From: the human T2T-CHM13v2.0 reference genome, Homo sapiens
Strand: one strand, 5' to 3'
DNA length: 64,000 nucleotides
Assembly (NCBI RefSeq): GCF_009914755.1
Contig: NC_060927.1
Made by a program: the position numbers and the translations under genes. Below the pieces are notes generated by a model that was not told the origin of the DNA, did no database searches, and was given only the letters and a program-made list of their open reading frames with translations. Shown here piece after piece: positions 41,752-53,264 of this stretch. The stretch's first letter is position 1. Every line of letters begins with the position of its first letter.

Positions 41752-42206
41752 CTTTCTGACCTAGTAGATCAAGTTCTGGGAATTTATTCTGAGTTAATAA
41801 TTTAAAATGTGTGTAAAATTTAACATCAGTGTATTTATCAATGAGTTATTTATCACAGCAGAACACAAACAACTTGAATGCTCAACAATAGAGAACTGAT
41901 TGAGTTATCTGTAGTATATTCTGAAATGGAATATTAAGCAGCTTTTAAAAGTGAGGGGATATATAACTATTGAATGATAGAGAAAAGTTCAGGACACATT
42001 GAATATGAAGAAACTGATATTAAAAACATGAACAAAATGAAAATATTTAAGAAAATATGTAATTACAGTTATGTGAATACAATGTAAATTGTTTAGGATA
42101 AGATGAAAAGATAAATGATTTGATGAATTCTGTATAAATTGAATGTCTCTAAATTGAATCGCATACCATATGGGCGGATGTGGCCGTTTAAAGGAGACAT
42201 TTGGTA

Positions 42207-42810
42207 CAGTTGACCCTCATTATTCACAGATAACATATTTGTGAATTTGCCCACTTACTGAAATTTACTTATAACTCCAAAGTCAATACTTAAGGCACTT
42301 GAGTAGACACTTGTAGACGCACAGAGGTATTTGTAGATGCACAGAGAATAAAAATTGTAGTTGCCCAATGCACACATTCCCAGCTTAGATCAAACAAAGT
42401 GATGCTCTGTGTTCTTGTTTCAGCTCTCATATTCTAAAAAAGTCTCCTTTTTGCAGTATATTTAGTGCATGTTTCTCAAATTTTGGGTTTTTCTGTTGGT
42501 GATTTTGCTGCTTAAAATGGCCTCGAGCACAGTGCTGGAGTGCTGTCTAGCATTCCTAAGCAAAAGAAAGCTGTGATGTGCCTCACAGAGAAAATACATG
42601 TGTTAGATAAGTTTTGTTCAGGCAAGAATTACAGTGCTGCAGGCCATGAGTTCTATGTTAATGAATCAACAGTATATATTAAAGAAGGTATCTTTATCAG
42701 TTGATGAAAATCTTGTTACCAGAGGCTGTCAGGAACATAACCCTTTATTGTCTCCAGTGTTTGCAGTGACTTTATAGAACATAATTACTGAGGACATCAG
42801 AAATCAACTA
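42207..42810. mobile_element. MER82 (TcMar-Tigger) DNA transposon
   Basis: TA-cagttgaccctcattattcacagat...ttcttgtttcagctctcata...aaatcaacta-TA. Confidence 0.85.
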
Positions 42811-45244
42811 TAAATACTTTTGCAACTAATAGACCTTTGGAACAATTATTTTTGGATTTTGTATAAAGAATCCAAAAAAATCTGGAAAACGTGTGGCTAA
42901 GAAAACAGTTGATTGGTCCCTAATTCCACCTTATTATGTTTAAATTCAGTGGGTGTCTCACAGCCACGTTTATAAAGGAATCTTGGCTGGGGTGTCAGGT
43001 TTCTAGTTTACTTTGACTCTATCTGTCAGTCTGTGTCCAACCTTCATGGCAATTAACTGTGCTTTTGTGTGCTAATTATCATTATCCCAGTATGGGCCCA
43101 TTATTAGTCCAATGTCCTTAGTTTAAAGCTTAAGTGTCAATCAGTCACCTAAAACAATTGCATAGAAGGAAGCTTTGCAAGGCTGGTTTGAAAGTCCTTA
43201 GCTGAGTTCTACTTTATTATACTCCAGTTCGAAACTGAACACAAAGCTCTTCTTGATACAATTGTTTATTTAAATACTGATTTATCTACTTAATTAAAGC
43301 AAACTTGAGTTTATATTTTAAAATCAGGGATGGGATAATTGCTACTTTATGCTTGAAGATCTATTCAGGTAGCTATACATTAAACAAGTAAAACTGTAAT
43401 TATAAAACCTGCACATTTTTATCTGATTGAGTCGCTCCTGCCATTGAACGACCTTATTCAAGTCATTTAGAACAAAGAAAGGTGGCATATATGAGTTTTT
43501 TAAAATCCCACTGGATGCCAGGAGTAAGGAGAAAATAGCATCAAATCAGATGTGGTCAGAAAAGAGGTATTTCTTTTCCTGTGATGCTTTTCCTCTTTCC
43601 TCCTCTTACAGTAAATCCCCACTTATTAAATCTTCAGATGTGTAGAGAAGGAATAAGGCAGGGGTAATGGGGGAGTGGGACAGAGAGATGCCCTTTCTGG
43701 AGTTTGCACAACGGTTGCATGCTGAGTAAAACCTGATGATGTATTCCATTCATGTCTCCAGAAAGTCAAAAGCGGTTTCAGCGTTGATTTCCCTTAAGAG
43801 TTATCAGACCTCATTCAATTGGTTTAATGAGTGTAAGAGGTGACCTTGTGTCTATGTAGATACTCCCATATTAAAAGACCTGGATGTAAAACTTCACATA
43901 TGTGTAAATAGTTATTTTGGAGGGTGTTGTGAGGGTTATTGCAGCTCTCTGCTCAGCTGCTACTCAGGCTAAACGGGCAGGAGAAATTTTCCACTGTGTT
44001 AGAATGATGATTATTTGCAAATTACATGAGCACCAGTAATTCATTCATGCAATGATACAGAGCTGGGTCTCAGTGCAGTGGTATTGAACTTGCTGCTGGG
44101 GGCGTTAATTGATTCGTTTGGAACATTCCCCTCCAGAGAATCCCAATCACAGGTCCCCTGATCAAGAAACGGACACGCAGTCGGGGTCCTGGATATGTAG
44201 AGACACACGTGTGAGGCTGTTGTCATCAAAATAAACCATTTCTGTCCCCTGACAGGGGTTGAGTCTATTAGGAACACTCCCCAATCCTGGGAGCTTCCGC
44301 GAGAGGCTTTCTATCTTGGCAGAGGTGGCAGCTGAGCATCGCTTCTTCGCTGCAGGATGGAAAAAAGGGACTGGATTATTGGCTGCATTTTAAACTAGCT
44401 GCTGTTCTAGAGAAAATGTTGGGGAGGGACTGAACAAGCTTAGCACTGGATCAGTGTGGGGGTGTGTTGGTGAAAAGAAAAAATGCCTCCTCCTAACTTA
44501 ACGTTTAACTGATATCCCCTCAACACGACCCAAATCTGTCTCTCCAGATACACAATGTCTGTTTTCCTAACTACATGGTGAACTGTGGAGCAAGTCTTGG
44601 TCATGTTTAGTTTGTTTCCCAGAATCTACTAGAAGACAATGCCTAGCATATAGCAGGCACAGAATAAGGGCCAAAGGGGAGAATGGAAACAAAATATGTA
44701 CATTTGAAATTTAGAAACACAGTTAAGGGACTTTGCCTGAAATTGTCATAAAACTTTGAAAATTGCTTCAATGTATAGTCCCAGTGGGAGAATGTGACAG
44801 CATATTTTATTCTTTGTTCTTTTCTGAAATTCTGTGTCCAGTCTAAAACACGACATTTCCCTTTAATGTGTTAGGAGTATGCATGACTACACAGGAATAT
44901 TTTCTGGAGAACTTCTGGTGAAGCATATTTTGATAAACAGTCTTACTAAAAGTTATATATATGTACTTTTAATTGACTAGTTGCAGAGAAATAATCAATG
45001 TAAAAAAAAATCATACATAGTACAGGTAGTAAAAGTCACAGTTCCGGCAGAAGCACAAAAGCCTTCAAAGTGAGTGGGAACCTGGGAACCATTGATCCTC
45101 AGTGGCTGTTTACCATGGAAAACACCTGCATCACCAACATTCCAGTTTTGCAAAAGTACCTCTATTACAGACACATACCAGGCAAGGAGGGAGGAAAAAG
45201 CCTGAAAATTTCTCTCCAAGTTTAAGTAATCAGGAAACTTTGGT

Positions 45245-45275
45245 GGGGAGGTTGGGGTGGGGTGGGGGCGGGGGG
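45245..45275 (+). other. Strong G-quadruplex-forming motif
   Basis: ggggaggttggggtggggtgggggcgggggg: five runs of at least 4 G. Confidence 0.75.
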
Positions 45276-46699
45276 TAACTTCTTTATTTAGCATTAATCT
45301 CAGCAATCATGAAAGTCATGGAATTTCAAGTGATGAAAAATTTGACCACAACAATACCTATCACTAGCCTGGATTTGCCCACTTCTCGAACAGGAATTAT
45401 AAAGATAATAATTAATTCTAAAAAGCAGAAGACAAAACAAACAAACCAAACCAACACTGAATGAACTAATAAGGCTGCTGCATATATATGTTGCAGTTGG
45501 ATGTTTATTTGCTTACTGCAGTAGTTTAAAAATAGTTTTCCAGTTAACATCTTTTCCACATAGTGGAGATGTCAGGGTAGGTTTACATGATTGCGTAAAT
45601 GGTCAGAAGTTGTTTATGTAGCTCTGAACTGCTGAGAGATGAGCAGGAAGACCTGGGTTCAGCAAAACCCTTGGGGCTTTTTCCCAGAGAGAGAAACAGA
45701 GGCTCCTCTCTGGGTTGCTGGAATGCTTTCCAGACGAATTCGACTGGGTTGGCTTTTCTCTGCCTGTCAAAGTCACTTTGCACAGTGCTGGTGAGGGGCT
45801 GGGGCATTGCTGCCAATCTCTACGGTTACCCCGAGGTGTGGAGTTGCGGCGAAGGGAGCCACTTCTGCAAGGAAACAGTAGATTCATAATGTAGAATGAC
45901 CGTGGCAACGTCGTTCAAAGCACATTCTTTCGAATAACAAGGCTTTCGACATGCCCCACCCCCGCGCACAACACACCACAAATTGATCCTTGTACCTAAT
46001 TTACAGCAACTGTTCCCTCTGACCTCCCCCCGCCCCCGCCCCACATTCCAACCTGAAAGCACTTTGCGTGGATGAGACTTCAGGTGTGTAACGCAGCCTG
46101 TCCAGCCAGTGTCCTCCGCCTAAGGACAGGCAGGTAAAAACCTCCCAAAGCCCCCTCTTCTGGCCTAAGTTCAATGCCACCCGCCCACCCACATTCCCCG
46201 GTTCAGCAATTTTCAGCCCAGACGCAGAAGCATCTGTTTCCCTGGCCAGGGCGCCTTAACGATCCCCCGAATTCCGCGTCTCCCGGAGGCCAGAGGTTTG
46301 GGTACCCAGGAAGGTCGCGCCTCCTCGTGCCCCGATACTCGGGTTGTAAAGGGAGGAGACATCGCCTCGGCGCATCCCTGGCCGCTGAACAACGCAACCC
46401 CTACGTCCCCGCACGGGAATCCGGCTGATAATCTCCTCTTGCCTGAGAATCGGGCCAGGCGCCCTTTACTAATTTCGCGCGCTGGGGACCTGGGGCTGCC
46501 GCCTCTCGGCCGCGCGGGGCAGGTGCTGCGTCCCCAGCGCTCGCCTCCTCCGGCCGCGCACTGAGCATGCGCGGGCTCCGGGCCTCCGGCGCGTCTCCCC
46601 GTCCCCGCTCGTCTCCCGCCCGTTCCCACCCGCCCGCGCCTCTCCCCTTCCCCGAGCGTCTCCCCCGCCCCGCGGCTAAGGAGCCGGCAGCCCGAACTC

Positions 46700-46884
46700 C
46701 GGCGCGCCAGGTTTTTCCAGCCGCCGCGAGCGCCGGGAGGGAGGGCAGCGCCGCGCCAGACGGAGCCCGGGGTTCGACGCCAGGATTGGCTGCAAGTAGG
46801 GAGCTTTCGCCGCCGCCCCGGGCCCCTCGGACTGTGCCGGCGCCGCACCCGAGGCTCTCGCCAGCCCGGCGCCCCGGTGCTGAG
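46700..46884 (+). other. Putative non-coding first exon (start unknown)
   Basis: Consensus donor GAG|gtaagt at 46884/46885 inside the CpG island. Confidence 0.7.
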
Positions 46885-47179
46885 GTAAGTGAGGCGGCAG
46901 CTGTGCGGGTCCGGCTCCTGCGTGGGCGCGCGATGCCCCGGGGACGCGGTCGCGGGTGTGGGGGGGAAAGGGCAGGGTCCGCGCGGGTTGCCCGAAGGAC
47001 AGGGGCGCTTCCCGGGGCTCTGACTCCCGCGGGGCCGGGCAGCGTCTGCGGGGCCGTCCAGCTCAGAGCCCGGAAGCCCTGCAGGGTCGGGGAGCGGGAG
47101 CTGAACGCCTGAGCGCGGAGGACTCAGGGCCCCGACGACGCCACCGTCACCCCACAGCGACCCTTCTTCTCCTTCTCAG

Positions 47180-47555
47180 CCGGAAAATAAGTTTGTTGCG
47201 CTGCGAGGCAGCCACAAAACAAGGAACCGAGAGCCCGGAATGCTGCGGGAAGCCTTCAAGTCAGCTCCTCCGACTGGTTCGGGCTACTGCCCCCTCTCCG
47301 TGCGCCCTGGCCTCTGGCGCCGGGTTCCCGGCGGGGCTTTTCTTCTGACAGCCCAGTCACAGCCCGCAGCAGAGGGACGCGAACCTGGGGAGTGGAGGGA
47401 CCTGGGACTAAAGGAACAGGAGCCCGTAGCCGTGGTGGAAGGAGCCGCGTGGAGACGGAGGCTGATGTCTGTGGCGCCCGCTGGGTGCCGGGCTGGCTGC
47501 TGAGCGCTGAGGCTGCGGCGGCGAGCGACAGGCCAGGTGCCTGCTCTTAGGGAAG
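47180..47555 (+). other. Putative 5'UTR exon (or alternative first exon)
   Basis: Acceptor cccttcttctccttctcag| at 47179; donor AAG|gtacct at 47555/47556. Confidence 0.55.
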
Positions 47556-48463
47556 GTACCTGGCTTCCCCAGTCTCTGCCGCGGGAGCCTGTTGGGTGGC
47601 ATTCGTTTCCAGCAACTTCTGGGGGGTTTCCAATTTCTTTCGAGAGGCAAGACAACCGCCCCGTCCCCTCCCCGGGCCCAGACGGCGGCGAACTGTGCGC
47701 CGGGCGCCCCACAGACCCCAATCCACTCACTCTCCTTCTGGAACGCGGGGCTCAAAATCTTCGTGCATTTTCTCTCTTGTGCTTCGTGTATATGTTTTAC
47801 TATTTATGAAGGGTGTGGAGGTGAGGGTAGGAGGACGTGGGCTCCTGAATCCCTCTGAACCAGCCAGAGAGTCGGCTGCATGGAAACATTTCGCAGCGAA
47901 GCTCCTGCGAGGAGGCGGCTTCGCGCGTCGGGAAGATCAGGCGGTTGCTTGCTGGCCAGGGTCTGCAGATTCGGTGCGAAGAAGCTGGCGGAGGTTGTGT
48001 AGGGCGAGTCAGTGTGACTGAGCACCCTGGGTGTGTGGTCTGCGTGGAGGAGAGTGGGCCGGATCTTGAGGTGTGTTGGAGGTTTATTTGTAAGAGGAGT
48101 TCCTGAAAGGAATGTCGTGGAACTTTTTCTAGTTTTCCTGCTGGAATCAACATAGGGGCGGGCACATGTTTGTCAGAATAACAGTGGCATTTAACTGCAT
48201 GGGAAGCTCTTTCAATTTTCTGTAGTGGGAGCTGGATAGTTCAAGGAGTAACTCCACATAACTGAGTCGTTTGGATACCCACACAAGATAATTTGGAACG
48301 CGCTTGTATTTTTTTGTTTTTTGAGATTTCTGGTTTATGTCCTTTAGAGAGTGGGGTAGGAGCGTAAAGACTGTATAGGTTGCCTATGAGCAGGTCCATA
48401 CAATAGCGTTCCCAAGTCTGCCTAATAGCAAGTTTGTTCTCTCTTTCTCTCTCTCTACCCAAG

Positions 48464-48545
48464 TGGGTGAAAAAGAACAGTGTGTCATGAAGACAGGCAC
48501 CTGGAGGTGATTTGGGTGGCATTCATGAGAAAATTCACGTTACCC
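48464..48545 (+). other. Putative 82-nt alternative 5' exon
   Basis: Long (CT) tract then aag| acceptor; donor CCC|gtaagt. Confidence 0.45.
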
Positions 48546-50124
48546 GTAAGTTTATTCTTGCTATTTTTATCTTGATTTCTTTAAAGATTTTGTGGGAATA
48601 TCTGCAGTGGGTCGCAGGAGTAGGTAAGATTGCTAAGGATCAAAAACAAGTTTCATGAGAATATTATTTTTGCTACCTTATAAAATAGCTATTGATTTGT
48701 TTGTTGAAGCTGGTTTCAACTGCTCTGTCTTGTTGAGGAGAGATGATGCTGATAAACGTCATTATTTTTCCATCTGAACCCTGGGAGGTAGCTGGCAAGG
48801 ATGGAAAAACTGACCTTTTCAATTAAAGACTAAGAGTCTAAGAGAAGTGACTTGGATAAGGGTGCATGTCAGAGCCACATGTAAGTTTCAACAGAGGTAG
48901 ATTTTCCTATTTGCAGTTTTTTAAACAACACTTTTCAGTTTCTTTGAGTTGTAAAACTTTTCAAGTCAATTGGGAGTCAATGCAGTACCTTTTTCCATGG
49001 TCATTTCATATTGGCAGGTAATTAAGAGTGATTAGAGAACAAACCTTTCAAATGATGTTGGATTTTTTATCATTCACTTATTTTACCTACTTCTCTCTCC
49101 TTTTTGTTCAAAAGTAGGTCTTCTGATTTCTTTTCCGATCTAAGCACTAAATCTTTTGGCTGCAGTTTTTCTTCTGAAATGTATACAGGGCATCCGTTCC
49201 TTCAATTTAGGTCTTAAAAAAATAAAGCTGCTCAGCAGAAAATTCCCATGCATGGTACTGACTTTTCTACAAGTTTGTCTGATCATGATTTTAACTTGTT
49301 GTTTCTTCTTTGTTATATTTGAGGACAGACATAATATGCATTAGCTTCAATCTCTCTTATCTTAAAAATTAATATTTTGTAAAAACTTGCTTTTATATTA
49401 TTTTAGTTGAATAAGTCTATTTCATATGATAGGCAGGGGGAAGTCTCTACACACTGATTTTTTTTGTTCCTTTTTGTTCATTTTTCCCTGTAATGCTATG
49501 TTTTAAGCCTAGTGAAGGAGGCAAGGAGGCAGGATTTACTGCCTAGATTTATTGATCTTCATTATTATTATTATTTACTATCAGAAGAAATCTGACAACA
49601 TATCAATAAAATTTATTTATAAACTGAAGACATGCTGTTATATGATACACTACTTATAAAACACACAAAGAAACAAAAAAGATGAATAAAGCAAAAATTA
49701 TGAAATAGAAGGTCTCATGTTGCTGTTATGTATCCCGGTGGATCATTTTGTACAGCCCCTGGGGTGTGTAGCACACTTTAAAGATCACTGCTGGTTTGAT
49801 ATTTTTAAAATCTTTCTCTCCTTATCTCTGCTCTGCTGTTCATCATCTCTGATACTCTAGCCAGTTGTAAAACTGCTACACTTCTATATCTTCTGTAACA
49901 AATAGATTAAGCACACTTGTTTTCCTCTCATGGACTCATATGTGGATAGAATGAGGTGTAAAGGATGAATGTGTTTTGGAGATGTCATCTTAGATCTCCC
50001 AAAGTAGACATACAGGTGAATTTTAAAAAATGGAGTTTTAGTTTAAAGACTAAGTACCAATGGTCAGGAAGTGAAGAATCCAAGGAGTAAATGAGGGAGG
50101 ATTGGAAGGACACTTTCCACATTG

Positions 50125-50330
50125 CAGTGTTGTGTGGAGGCTGGAAAGTTCATAAACCTTGAAGCAGATTAACCTGAATCTAAGTCTGGCACCATCATTT
50201 ATTACATTTACAGTCCTGGGCAATGTAGTTCCTTAATTTCTGTGAGCCTTAGTTTCTTTAGGTATAAAATTGGGATAACATCTATTTCACGGCATCACGA
50301 TAGGGATTAAACATGAGAGCATGAGTCAAC
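50125..50330 (+). mobile_element. MIR
   Basis: tgtgagccttagtttctttaggtataaaattgggataaca. Confidence 0.65.
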
Positions 50331-50349
50331 ATGGGTCAAGAGCTTGGCT

Positions 50350-50745
50350 CTTTTAGATTGGCTCTTTAGCAGATATAACAGATCCAAAAGGGATACTGCC
50401 TCAGATGTGAAATATATTTATTTCTCGGTTGTGTGAAGTCCCAGAATGGGTGATCATGGCAGTACTCCTTCAAAGTGTGATTCAGAGACCCAGCCTTCAT
50501 CTGTTCTGTGCCCTTGCCGTCTTCAGCAGGGTCACTGTGCTTACTTGCATCAAGCCATTGGAAAGAGGAAGACTTGGGAGGATGTTAATTGCCCAGAACT
50601 GGAATGAGTGCATATTACTTTTCCTTGCATTGTGCTGGCCAGAACCCAGTTCTTTGTGGATGTACGTTACTATTAAGGAGGCTGGGAAATATAGTCTAGA
50701 AATGTTATCCAGGAAGTAGAAGAAATTGTTGGGGGAACAACTAGC
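50350..50745 (-). mobile_element. MLT1J-like LTR
   Basis: gattcagagacccag...tggccagaac...aaggaggctgggaaatatagtct. Confidence 0.6.
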
Positions 50746-50869
50746 ATTCTCTGATGTTTTATTACTATATGTGATATTTCTTCCATGTTCAATAACTGTT
50801 ACTTCCTTTTCTTCTCCTAACCCTTGCTTTTTTTTTTTTCTGGTAGAAAAACTGGAATGGATACAATAA

Positions 50870-51085
50870 ATAATAATAGAAGCAGTTAATACATACATAA
50901 TGCTTACTATTATTGAGATACTTTTTAAAGCACATTGCCCTACTTTGCCCTTCTAATATTATCTCTATTGTACAGATGAGGAAAACTAGGCATAGAGAAA
51001 TTAAGTTATTTGTTCATCATAGCTAGTAAGTAGCAGAGCTGGGATCTGAACCAGGTTCTCTCACTCCAGAATTGATTTTTTAACA
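50870..51085 (-). mobile_element. MIR
   Basis: tacagatgaggaaaactaggcatagaga...agctagtaagtagcagagctgggatctgaacc. Confidence 0.8.
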
Positions 51086-52129
51086 GCTTTTTTTTTTTTT
51101 GCTTTTGCCTCAATACTTTTCTTATTTAAGCCACTGGACCGCTTTTTACTTTTGCCTATATATAAAAAAGTTGCCAAGAGAATTTTTTAAAATACTAAAG
51201 TAGAAAAAAAGGATATAATCCAAAACATACTGGAATGGAATTAGATATGATACAGCTTTATCTTGAATACCTACCAGGATCAGGAGCAGATATTTAAAGT
51301 AACTCCCCCCACTTACACACCCTTCACCACTACAACTGCTCTTTCATTTGTGATAAACACATTTTCAGGGTCTGTGCCTTGAATTATAACCTTCCTCTGA
51401 AGATTCTATTGTGGGAGTCTTGCGCTACCACTTTCATGCTTCAGTATGTGAGGATAAATTCCTCTTCACTTCTCAGCAGAAACAAATATCTTCCCTGGCA
51501 GGTTTTTCAGCTAAAATAGCCTCTCCTAACTTTTGATCAAAGGTATTGCTCTTTATCAATATCCCCATCCTCCAAGAAAGGAAACCCTCTTCTTTTCCTA
51601 TGAGCTTTGCAAAATTATTTTTTATTTATTTATTTATCTTTATTTTCTATATGACTAAGGGGACTGTATATATATCCCAGGTACCGTCTAAAAGAAAATG
51701 GTCCCTCTTGTTCTCATCCTGTTGTCCCATTTCCATTAGAGAATCTGCCTCATCTTATGTTTCCTATGTATTTGTCTTTCATAAAAATGCCTGTTAGAGT
51801 TTTGGTTCCCAGTGGCTGCAGTGGAAATGTGTAGTGGTCAATAGTAAGCGTATACTTTTTGCTAAGATAGTTATTGTTTCAACATTAAAGAGTGATTTTT
51901 TTCCTCTTGTTCAGTATGTATTTGTTGCATCTTCACAATTAGGTAATGATATGTATCTTCTTACCATGTAGGTAGGCATAAATACTGTATACCTACCAGT
52001 CATTTCTTTCCCAGAAGCCCCTGTTCATTTCCTCTTTACTTTCCCTGAGCCTCACATCCTGAGAATTTTGCTTTTTTTTCTGAACTCCTCTTTCTTCCAA
52101 TTTTTTCCACTTCTGTGCCATTTATGTCT

Positions 52130-52132
<3 letters not shown>

Positions 52133-52160
<28 letters not shown>
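52133..52160. repeat. (TG)14 microsatellite
   Basis: Counted directly. Confidence 0.95.
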
Positions 52161-52163
<3 letters not shown>

Positions 52164-52289
52164 TTCAAGTCCCTTCTTATGATTTAATGGGGTTGGAGGG
52201 CTGGAGAGGTTTTCATGTGCTTACTGTCATGTTTTCAGCCAAATTCCACAGGGCCTTGTAACAGGCTAACATGAGCAGATAAGCTCTTA

Positions 52290-52695
52290 ATTTTCAGTGA
52301 CTTATTTTAACTTTTTACTTCTTGCTCATGTGTGGTAGTTCAGTACTCATAGAATAGATCCTGACTGAGTGGCTGTCCATGGGGTCATTCAGGGAATCAG
52401 GTTCCTTAGAGTTTTATGGCTTTGTTCATCTTTAAGTACCTAGAGTCCTCATCATTCAGTCAAGATACAGAGTGTGAGGAGATAAATAATCCAGAGAAGT
52501 CTTATTGGAGGTTGTTGTAGGCACAGCCTGGAAGTGGTTGTCATGACTTCTGCCCACATTCCTCTGGGGTGGACCTCAGTCACTTCGACATCCTTTGCTG
52601 CAAGGGAAGCTGAGAAGTGGTGTCTAGCTGAGTGCCTGGGGGAGAAGGGTGAAAGGAAAACAGGTTTGGTAAATAACTAGCCAGTCTTTGTCACA
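52290..52695 (-). mobile_element. MLT1J/K-like LTR
   Basis: gtcattcagggaatcagg...gcctggaagtgg...gctgcaagggaagctgagaagtggtgtctagctg. Confidence 0.6.
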
Positions 52696-53264
52696 GGTTT
52701 CCAATGAAAGCATGTGAGAAAATCAGCTAATTCTCTAGGTATGGGGAAAAGAGAGCATGGATTTTGGTTATTTGCCAAATAAATGCCCATTGCCTTGCTT
52801 CCTTTTAATTTTGACCTCTATTACTATCCCATTCTTAGTGCATATGGTCTGGGTGGGATTCCGTTTCCCATTTAAGGATTGGAGCATGGGAACCAGGTCT
52901 TGTCGGGAAGAGCATTGACTTTTCCTGTCCACAGTAATTGCTTCTAGAACAGAACAGGCATGGACCCAGTGAGAACCACTGCAGTGAGATGCTTTGCTTT
53001 TTCTCAGTGGCTCTAGTTGGGCTCCATGTATGCCTTTGAACTAATTCCTGTAGATAAGGAGATTAGAACCAGGGAGCATGTGGGCCTGCCACTGCTGCAG
53101 CTGTCTTAACACCAAAAAGAGAACCTAGACCTGCTGAGGTCACCACATACTACTTGAGAATGAAGCCAACAGAACAGTAGCAAGGGGCATGATGGAGCAA
53201 AACCAGCTCCTCTTGCATCATGTGAGCCCGTTAATCTGGCTATGCCTAAAGTGAGTTAACCTGG

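Larger units (their letters stand above)
46200..48000 (+). promoter_or_regulatory. CpG-island promoter of an unidentified + strand gene
   Basis: Non-repeat, very GC/CpG-rich; E2F TTTCGCGC 46473-46480; NRF1-like gcatgcgc ~46565; ATTGG ~46785; GC boxes just upstream (46026-46042); + strand splice donors. Confidence 0.92.

Noticed and set aside
46200-48000. Gene symbol for the promoter
   Set aside because: No coding exon in the window and the leader is not confidently recognised; needs BLAT
46174-48165. Overlapping ORFs on both strands (up to 211 aa)
   Set aside because: Typical CpG-island artefacts with no recognisable domain
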